From: an uncultured Bacteroidales bacterium
GTDB lineage: Bacteria > Bacteroidota > Bacteroidia > Bacteroidales > CAYVNP01
Assembly: GCA_964452905.1 (NCBI GenBank)
Contig: CAYVNP010000002.1
Location: 53,357 to 117,356 of the forward strand
Length of the DNA: 64,000 bases
Direction of reading: 5' to 3'
The notes beneath the pieces were generated by a model. That model made no database searches and had not been told where the DNA came from. It saw nothing but the letters and a program-made list of their open reading frames with translations. Shown piece by piece: positions 56,921 through 64,000 of this stretch (positions are counted from its first letter, which is position 1; each line of letters begins with the position of its first letter). The position numbers and the translations under genes were made by a program.

Positions 56921-59137
56921 ATGGCAATTAAAGCAGATGAAAAATATCTTTATGATGCACTAAAGAAAGTTTTTGGATTTGACCAGTTTAAAGGGAATCA
57001 AAAAGATGTTATTAAAAGTTTATTAGCAGGCAATGACACATTCGTCATCATGCCGACAGGTGGAGGAAAATCTTTATGTTATCAATTACCAGCACTCATT
57101 AAAGAAGGTACCGCAATTATCATTTCTCCTCTTATTTCACTCATGAAAAATCAGGTTGATGCTATACGTAATTTTGGCACGGAACAGGGTATCGCTTATT
57201 TTCTCAACTCCTCTCTTACAAAAGCAGAAATCAAACAAGTTAAAAGTCATTTGGTCAATGGAAAGACTAAATTACTTTATGTTGCGCCTGAATCACTTAC
57301 AAAAGAAGAAAATATTGATTTTTTCAAAGATATTAATATTTCATTTTTCGCAATTGATGAAGCTCATTGCATCTCTGAATGGGGACATGATTTCAGACCT
57401 GAATATCGTCGTTTGCGCCCAATCATTCAACAGATTGACAAAGATATCCCTATCATCGCTTTAACCGCTACTGCCACACCGAAGGTTCAACAGGATATCT
57501 TGAAAAACCTCAAGATGCACAAAGCAAAAGTTTTTATTTCTTCCTTTAACAGACCCAATCTGTATTACGAAATACGACCCAAAACCAAAAATATCAACAA
57601 AGAAATCATAAAATTTATTAAGGAAAATTCGGGTAAGTCAGGTATCATCTATTGCATGAGCCGTAAAACAGTTGAAGAATTTGCCGAAACACTGAAAGTG
57701 AATGGAATCAAAGCAGAACCTTATCATGCCGGACTTGATTCCCAAACACGTGTCCGTAATCAGGATAAGTTTTTAATGGAAGAAATTGATGTTATTGTTG
57801 CTACAATTGCTTTTGGAATGGGCATTGACAAGCCGGATGTCCGTTTTGTGATCCATTACGACATGCCTAAAAGTCTTGAAAGTTATTATCAGGAAACCGG
57901 TCGATCAGGCAGAGATGATGGTGAGGGCAACTGTATTGCCTTTTATAATTATGAAGATATAGCCAAGCTTGAAAAATTCATGAAAGGGAAACCGGTAGCT
58001 GAACAGGAAATATTTCAACAGTTATTATTTGAAACAATTTCGTATGTTGAATCATCTCAATGCCGCCGAGTATATTTATTGCATTATTTTGGTGAAGATT
58101 ATCCCAAAGGACAATGTAATAATTGTGACAACTGCCTGCATCCAAAAAATAAATTTGACGGGAAAGATTATATGAAAATTCTTCTCGAAGCAATTATTGA
58201 AGTCAAACAACAATGTAAAACCAAACATCTTATAAATCTGATCATGGGTAAACATTCAGCCACCATGAAACAGATGCGCCATGATAAAACTAAATCTTTT
58301 GGAAAAGGTGCTTATGCTGATGAAAAAATCTGGAACTCTGTAGTTCGTCAGGCACTTATCAATCATTTGATCACAAAAGATATAGAAAATTACGGCATAC
58401 TTAAAATTGCTAAAAAGGGTCAGGAATTTATTTCCAAACCCTATCCGATCATGTTAACGCAGGATCATGATTATGAAAAACAACAACAAGAAGAAGCCGA
58501 TGATTTCTTTGACAAAGAAGCCGGCGGTACAACGACCAGTTCTGTTGATAAAGCTCTTTTTACTTTACTGAAAGACCTTCGAAAAAAAATATCAAAAAAA
58601 GAAAATCTACCACCTTTCGTAATTTTTCAGGACCCATCCCTTGAAGATATGTGTATTCAATACCCCATTACAGTTGATGAATTGAAGAACATCACCGGAG
58701 TTGGAACAGGAAAGGCACAAAAATACGGTCAACCTTTTGTTGAACTGATAAAAAAATATGTTGAAGAAAATGAAATTGAACGTCCGATTGATATGGTCGT
58801 TAAATCAACTGTTAATAAATCAGGGTTGAAGGTGTATATTATTCAAAACATTGACCGAAAAATAGATCTTGAAGATATTGCCTATAACAAAGGAATTAAC
58901 ATTGAAGAACTTCTGACCGAGATTGAACGTATCGTCGCCTCAGGAACAAAAATTGATTTGAACTATTATATCAATCATTACATTGATCTGAATCACCAGG
59001 AAGAAATTATGGATTATTTTCACGCTGCACAGTCTGACTCTTTGAAAGACGCTTTGAATGAGCTTGGGGAAAACGAATTCACGGAAGAAGAAATCAGATT
59101 GGTAAGAATAAAATTCATGTCGGAAATTGGCAATTAA
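56921..59137 (+). CDS. recQ: ATP-dependent DNA helicase RecQ
   Basis: GFDQFKGNQ, PTGGGKSLCYQ, DEAHCISEWGHDFRPEY, a Zn-binding CRR...CNNCDNC, and a C-terminal HRDC-like region. Confidence 0.95.
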   Translation: MAIKADEKYLYDALKKVFGFDQFKGNQKDVIKSLLAGNDTFVIMPTGGGKSLCYQLPALIKEGTAIIISPLISLMKNQVDAIRNFGTEQGIAYFLNSSLTKAEIKQVKSHLVNGKTKLLYVAPESLTKEENIDFFKDINISFFAIDEAHCISEWGHDFRPEYRRLRPIIQQIDKDIPIIALTATATPKVQQDILKNLKMHKAKVFISSFNRPNLYYEIRPKTKNINKEIIKFIKENSGKSGIIYCMSRKTVEEFAETLKVNGIKAEPYHAGLDSQTRVRNQDKFLMEEIDVIVATIAFGMGIDKPDVRFVIHYDMPKSLESYYQETGRSGRDDGEGNCIAFYNYEDIAKLEKFMKGKPVAEQEIFQQLLFETISYVESSQCRRVYLLHYFGEDYPKGQCNNCDNCLHPKNKFDGKDYMKILLEAIIEVKQQCKTKHLINLIMGKHSATMKQMRHDKTKSFGKGAYADEKIWNSVVRQALINHLITKDIENYGILKIAKKGQEFISKPYPIMLTQDHDYEKQQQEEADDFFDKEAGGTTTSSVDKALFTLLKDLRKKISKKENLPPFVIFQDPSLEDMCIQYPITVDELKNITGVGTGKAQKYGQPFVELIKKYVEENEIERPIDMVVKSTVNKSGLKVYIIQNIDRKIDLEDIAYNKGINIEELLTEIERIVASGTKIDLNYYINHYIDLNHQEEIMDYFHAAQSDSLKDALNELGENEFTEEEIRLVRIKFMSEIGN

Positions 59138-59166
59138 ATATTCATCTTTTTTAAATTTATCTTTTT

Positions 59167-59841
59167 ATGACTGACGAGAACTTAAATTCTTCAATGAACA
59201 ATGCATCTGTAAAAGATTCATCCAAAACAAAATTCTTGCTATTATTTATTTCCAATGGCATTTTGATAGTTGCACTTGCTGTCATTGTTATTTTTTATTT
59301 CAAACACAAAAAACAATGTAGCAATTCAAATGATATTAGCATCATGACTCCTAAATCAAAACCGTCATCCATCGTATTTATTAATATTGACAGCGTGATT
59401 AACAATTATGATCTGACGAAAGAACTTCATCGCAAACTGGAACTTGAAAGAAACAAACTGGAAAATGATTTTAATAACAAAAAATCTTCATTTGATAAAG
59501 AAGTACAAACATTTCAAAAAAGAATTGAAACTAACACAATCAAATCAGAAGAAGCACAATTAACTGAAAAAAAATTACAAGAAAAAGAACGTCAGCTTTA
59601 TGAATTGAATGAAACGTATACCGGGCAATTCTCAAAATTAGAACTGGAAACCAACATTGCGATCAAAGACAGTATTACTAATTTTTTAAACAGATATTAT
59701 AAAAATAAATATGATTATATAATGGCATATACACCTGGAAGTAGTGTTCTTTTTGCCGATACCAAAAATGAAATTACTATTGAGGTATTAAACGCATTGA
59801 ATGCCGAATACAAAAACAAAAAAGTTCCAAATAAAAAATGA
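59167..59841 (+). CDS. OmpH/Skp-like periplasmic chaperone
   Basis: An N-terminal TM/signal anchor followed by a long coiled-coil Lys/Glu-rich region, typical of the OmpH family. Confidence 0.7.
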   Translation: MTDENLNSSMNNASVKDSSKTKFLLLFISNGILIVALAVIVIFYFKHKKQCSNSNDISIMTPKSKPSSIVFINIDSVINNYDLTKELHRKLELERNKLENDFNNKKSSFDKEVQTFQKRIETNTIKSEEAQLTEKKLQEKERQLYELNETYTGQFSKLELETNIAIKDSITNFLNRYYKNKYDYIMAYTPGSSVLFADTKNEITIEVLNALNAEYKNKKVPNKK

Positions 59842-60272
59842 AAAAAGGTTGGTTAATCACAGGAATATTTTTTTTCTTCCTGATTGCCTGCAAAGAAAAA
59901 ATAGAAAAAAAAATTGAACTATCATATAATGATCATTCACCAAAACTGATTCGTTACTATAAAAAAAATAAAGGGTTATCCATTCTCATTAAAGAAACTT
60001 CATTCTACCCTAATAAAAATATATTATTTGAAGGAGAATATAATCAAAACAAACGAAATGGGAAATGGACTTCATGGTACGAGAATGGAAAAAAATGGAG
60101 TGAAATGAATTATAAAAATGATGTTAGAGAGGGTAAAAACACAACCTGGTATGAAAATGGACTGAAAAGATATGAAGGCAATTACGCCAATGACCGTAAA
60201 ATCGGCACATGGATGTTTTGGGATGAAAAAGGCAAACTGATAAATGAAATTAATTATAATATAAATTTTTAA
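59838..60272 (+). CDS. MORN-repeat-variant (YwqK-like) lipoprotein
   Basis: Lipobox FLIAC, with repeated G.W..WYENG motifs (GKWTSWYENGKK, GKNTTWYENGLK, GTWMFWDEKGK). Confidence 0.7.
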   Translation: MKKGWLITGIFFFFLIACKEKIEKKIELSYNDHSPKLIRYYKKNKGLSILIKETSFYPNKNILFEGEYNQNKRNGKWTSWYENGKKWSEMNYKNDVREGKNTTWYENGLKRYEGNYANDRKIGTWMFWDEKGKLINEINYNINF

Positions 60273-60305
60273 TCAATATTATTTACTGATTAATTATTCA
60301 AACCG

Positions 60306-60476
60306 ATGAAAAATAAATTTTATTTACTTATAGTGGTCTTGAGTCTGACCCTCTTCATCGTTTCATGTTCCTCATATCATACTGTCTCAGGGGCTGGTAT
60401 AAGGAATAAGCACACTGGAAAACGATCAACCCATTTCAGACTTCCTAATCATTATGATAACCGGACAATCTGGTAA
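60306..60476 (+). CDS. Possible 56-aa small lipoprotein
   Basis: ATG 60306 to TAA 60474-60476 gives MKNKFYLLIVVLSLTLFIVSCSSYHTVSGAGIRNKHTGKRSTHFRLPNHYDNRTIW, with a clear signal plus lipobox (FIVSC). It falls below the ORF-track cutoff. Confidence 0.35.
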   Translation: MKNKFYLLIVVLSLTLFIVSCSSYHTVSGAGIRNKHTGKRSTHFRLPNHYDNRTIW

Positions 60477-60486
60477 AAAATAAATT

Positions 60487-61026
60487 ATGGCTTTACATTT
60501 TTTTGAAGAAATAAAAAAAAACACACTGCTTGCTATTGCACAACAAATGCTGATAGCAGCCAAGACTGCACCCAAAGCCAGAGGTATGGATAACCTTTCC
60601 TATGCAATTATTGACGGAAAAGAAATTGAACTCATAGCTCAAAAAATGATTGAGATAGGAAAGAAAAAGAACGGTCCTGGTTTTATCAGAGATGCCGAAA
60701 ATATCATGGCAGCAAACGTCATTGTTTTAATTGGTACAAAAATTAAATCCATTGGCTTAAATGAAAGGTGCCAGTTATGCAGTTTTGATAACTGTTCTGA
60801 ACGTGAAAAACATCCAGGTATTCCTTGTATCTATAATACAGGGGATTTAGGTATTGCAGTCGGTTCAGCTGTTAATGTTGCCATGGATCACAAAGTAGAC
60901 AATCGTATCATGTACTCGATTGGGCAGGCAGTAAAGGAATTAAAATGGATGGATGATGATGTAAAAATTATTTTCGGCATTCCTCTTAGCGCTACTGAAA
61001 AAAATATTTTCTTTGATAGAAAATAA
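60487..61026 (+). CDS. DUF2148-like ferredoxin-domain protein
   Basis: 179 aa with ...AAKTAPKARGMDN... and a Cys cluster CQLCSFDNC...C. The family assignment is from memory. Confidence 0.6.
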   Translation: MALHFFEEIKKNTLLAIAQQMLIAAKTAPKARGMDNLSYAIIDGKEIELIAQKMIEIGKKKNGPGFIRDAENIMAANVIVLIGTKIKSIGLNERCQLCSFDNCSEREKHPGIPCIYNTGDLGIAVGSAVNVAMDHKVDNRIMYSIGQAVKELKWMDDDVKIIFGIPLSATEKNIFFDRK

Positions 61027-61076
61027 TATACTTTCAACAAATTTTTGCGATTACTGACCTTGCTTGAAGTTCAACT

Positions 61077-62603
61077 TCACTCCCACCTGAAAATATCTTT
61101 TTTATCTTTCGGGCGGCGGGCTTGCTCCCACGAGAATCCTCTTAAGATCCTATCTTCAGTTGTGAGTTCTTTGATCGGGTTAATCAACGCATCGGGTTGG
61201 TCAAGCAGAACGATTTGTTCCATCTGATTTTTTTTCAGGTAAAGCATTAACTTGGAAGATGCGGATTTATTGGCGCCAATCATGGAACTATCATCTTCAC
61301 ACATATAATAAATCGTTTCGGCATTCCCCTGAACGAACAATTTATAAATTTCGTTATCTCGGAAATAAGCTGTCATCTCTTTCCCTTTTATCTGATTATA
61401 ATGTGAAGAATCAAATTGTGATACGACAAAACAAAGGTCAGTAAAATAAATTTTATCAATTTTATTGTTACTGATTTGCATTTTTATCAATTCGGCTCTC
61501 ATCTGATTTTCCTTTGACCAAAGAACAGGTTTATAATATAATGTGATCATTGAGTCTTTATAAGTATAAACAATTGAATCACTCATTCCCTGCAGATCAT
61601 CCCTGAAGAATTTTGCTTTATGATAAGCAAACATCGTTCTATTTTGCTTTGCACTGTCGGAAATGGTTTTCAATGTATCAGCGTGCAAGAACAAAGTATC
61701 ATTCTTCTTCTGATCTATCATCAGTAATACTGCATTTTGTGTTACTAAAGAATTTTCAGTCAACTCATCAAATTCGCCATAATCCCCTTTAACAATAACA
61801 TGACGAATAGTATCTGTTAATACTATATTTCCGAAAGCTTTACCGGTTCTTTTATTCCGATCATAAATCAGACTGTCACCGGTAAGTTTTTGTTTTCGGT
61901 TGGTCATGAATGCGTTTTTACTAAACCGAGCAATATCTTTTTTTGTATGATACCAGCCATTTTCACAATAAATATAATTATCCTTTTGTTCAATGATAGA
62001 TGGACCAAGGAAATAAGCAATTTCAGTAGCTGTATTGAACTTCATGGTATCAGAACGGATCACATATTTAGGATTTGTAAGTAGCACATCATTTTTAAAA
62101 ATAAATTCATTCTTTACTGTATAATAATATCCTATCCGACTTGTCAGTATATTTTCAGAACGAATAATCTTAGCACCTGTATTGTATTGAGCTACATCCG
62201 TCTCAAGATTATAAATAATAAAGTCCGAAGACATTCGCATATGTTTATCATTCAGGCGTGTGTTTTTATTCAGCTCGGCAATACGTGTATCCCCATTATA
62301 GTGCAGCATATCACCATATGCATGAGTAGAATCATTCACCCGGATATGAACATGTCCATAAGCATCAACTACATTGATATTGGTATATAACAATGCACTG
62401 TCACAATACAAATAGGCATTTTTATGTTTAAACACAACATTACCTATCAGTCGTCTGGCTTCTTTATTTTCCTTTTCATCAAACTTCAATACATCCGCCT
62501 GAATCAACTCAATCTTTGAAATTTTTTGTGCAAAAGAAGTAAAAGAGTTCAGTACGATTAATAAAATGAAACAACCGGTGATTTTTATTTTAATATAATT
62601 CAA
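61077..62603 (-). CDS. OstA/LptD-N-like envelope protein
   Basis: Signal peptide, then repeated OstA-like beta-jellyroll segments (GNVVFKHKNAYLYCDSA...GHVHI..., FGNIVLTD...). Confidence 0.65.
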   Translation of the reverse strand: MNYIKIKITGCFILLIVLNSFTSFAQKISKIELIQADVLKFDEKENKEARRLIGNVVFKHKNAYLYCDSALLYTNINVVDAYGHVHIRVNDSTHAYGDMLHYNGDTRIAELNKNTRLNDKHMRMSSDFIIYNLETDVAQYNTGAKIIRSENILTSRIGYYYTVKNEFIFKNDVLLTNPKYVIRSDTMKFNTATEIAYFLGPSIIEQKDNYIYCENGWYHTKKDIARFSKNAFMTNRKQKLTGDSLIYDRNKRTGKAFGNIVLTDTIRHVIVKGDYGEFDELTENSLVTQNAVLLMIDQKKNDTLFLHADTLKTISDSAKQNRTMFAYHKAKFFRDDLQGMSDSIVYTYKDSMITLYYKPVLWSKENQMRAELIKMQISNNKIDKIYFTDLCFVVSQFDSSHYNQIKGKEMTAYFRDNEIYKLFVQGNAETIYYMCEDDSSMIGANKSASSKLMLYLKKNQMEQIVLLDQPDALINPIKELTTEDRILRGFSWEQARRPKDKKDIFRWE

Positions 62604-62691
62604 GTAAATATGTTTGATAAAAAATTATGAACGAACAAAATTAATCAATAGTTCATCATGTGAAAAAAATAATTCTAAAATAATACAATAC

Positions 62692-64000
62692 TCATCTTTC
62701 GTTTTGAGATGGAGGTGTTTGTATTGAAAAGATTTTAAACGTATTTTCAATATTTTCACTAGGCATCCGAGCAGGATAATTTAAGATATCCCCATTTTCA
62801 TCAATTAAAATAAACAATGGAAGCACCTTGGCTTCATAGTTTTCAATCAATGTTTTATCTCCGTTGTAAAAAAGCACTTTCCAAGTGAAACTATTCTTCT
62901 TTAAAAAATTTACAACCGTTTCTTTTTTCCGATCAAGTGAAATCCCAATGAACTCAAACTTTTTACCATATTTAGTTGCATACTGATTGATCAGTTTTAA
63001 TTCAGCAATACACGAAAGACAATTCGTTTTCCAGAAAAAAAGATAAACAAATTTACCTTTGGCATCCGACAGCGAATAGGTTTTCCCATTCATATCCTTC
63101 AATGAAAACGCAGGAGCAGGTGAAGTAACCTTTAACTTCATTAGAGCAGCAATAATATTTTTTGCAATGATGCGATGCCGTTCAAATTTGGTTTTTTGAA
63201 TCATCGTTTCTAACAGTTTAAAAATATTTTCTTTAGCAAAATCTTTTGAAGAAAGGAAATCCTGCAGATTCTTCAACAACACCAATTCACGAAAGACTTC
63301 GTTTTTCAAAATTGAATCTTTACCAAGTGTATCAAGCAACGCAGAATAATTACATTTATAATTAATCGTTGTTTCAATATCTTTATACTTGATGTTTTTT
63401 GTGCCAGAAATTAAATAATTTGAAAAAAGATTATTGAATAAATCCATATACTCCGTATTCTCATATAATATTGACTGATTGAAAAAATAATTTTTTATTA
63501 GCTCATCCTTACTCTTTAAGCGTGATACAAAATAAAGAGATGCAAGTTTATAACGAAGAACTGATCTGAAATACGAATTGGTAAAGGATGAAAACGCTTT
63601 TTCCGTGCTATGTATAAATGTTTCGACTCTTTTACGTGAAGGATTCATATAAATAGTATCCGCATATGAAACCAAAAAACGATTTATAGTTGAATTCAGT
63701 TTACCCATCAACGAATTTAAACAGGTATCATTTGTATTTAAAAGTTCTGTCTTAAGATACTGCTGCTCAAGGAAAGGATTGACTTTTTCATAAATAGAAT
63801 CGTAATTCAGCCGATGAATTTTTAGTTCGTACGTTGTATTCGGTTCAATATAAAGTTCAGCGCTATGATATTCGATCGTAATAAAAGTATATAACGGTTG
63901 CTTAACAGACAAGGTTAAATTAAAACGTCCAATGCTGTCAATCGGAACAGATATTATTTTTTTTTCTTTATAGGTAATCTGATCGTCATACGTGCTCAGT
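62692..64000 (-). CDS. TlpA/thioredoxin-like thiol-disulfide oxidoreductase with a long N-terminal domain (5' end outside the window)
   Basis: The C-terminal thioredoxin fold carries LFFWKTNCLSCIAEL (CxxC). The reading frame stays open past the ORF-track TTG at 63912 all the way to the window edge. Confidence 0.7.
   Translation of the reverse strand, partial: LSTYDDQITYKEKKIISVPIDSIGRFNLTLSVKQPLYTFITIEYHSAELYIEPNTTYELKIHRLNYDSIYEKVNPFLEQQYLKTELLNTNDTCLNSLMGKLNSTINRFLVSYADTIYMNPSRKRVETFIHSTEKAFSSFTNSYFRSVLRYKLASLYFVSRLKSKDELIKNYFFNQSILYENTEYMDLFNNLFSNYLISGTKNIKYKDIETTINYKCNYSALLDTLGKDSILKNEVFRELVLLKNLQDFLSSKDFAKENIFKLLETMIQKTKFERHRIIAKNIIAALMKLKVTSPAPAFSLKDMNGKTYSLSDAKGKFVYLFFWKTNCLSCIAELKLINQYATKYGKKFEFIGISLDRKKETVVNFLKKNSFTWKVLFYNGDKTLIENYEAKVLPLFILIDENGDILNYPARMPSENIENTFKIFSIQTPPSQNER

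Noticed and set aside
59838-60272. The YwqK-type protein, often annotated as an antitoxin, could indicate a toxin-antitoxin or defence locus.
   Set aside because: It is a lipoprotein with MORN-variant repeats and has no adjacent toxin-like ORF. Its neighbours are envelope genes (OmpH, a small lipoprotein). There is no support for a TA system.

Overview
This is a low-GC chromosomal segment that looks like Bacteroidota. Supporting markers are gldD, several T9SS-type C-terminal sorting domains, a SIS-only KdsD next to kdsA, OmpH/OstA envelope genes and a TAnnTTTG-type promoter box. About 45 CDS are supportable. Most are housekeeping or envelope genes (metG, ssb, mazG, lon, recQ, kdsA, korAB), plus two secreted glycosidases (GH51, GH27), a cobalamin-riboswitch-controlled TonB-receptor/lipoprotein locus, and a 3275-aa repeat-rich T9SS surface protein. 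The stand-out is a compact ten-gene, ~14 kb minus-strand operon (36212..50223). It combines the MetF/MetV-HdrABC-MvhD module known from acetogens with a split, archaeal-type glutamate-synthase module (two FMN-domain ORFs plus a GATase+GXGXG ORF). It also encodes a 1487-aa HdrA-GltD/NfnB-HdrA fusion. I read this as a candidate flavin-based electron-bifurcating assembly whose composition I do not recognise. A 1.7 kb extremely AT-rich, essentially ORF-free region lies upstream of the operon, and 2-oxoglutarate:ferredoxin oxidoreductase genes lie nearby. I saw no rRNA, tRNA, CRISPR, transposase or integrase. All family calls come from reading motifs in the translations. No searches were run.
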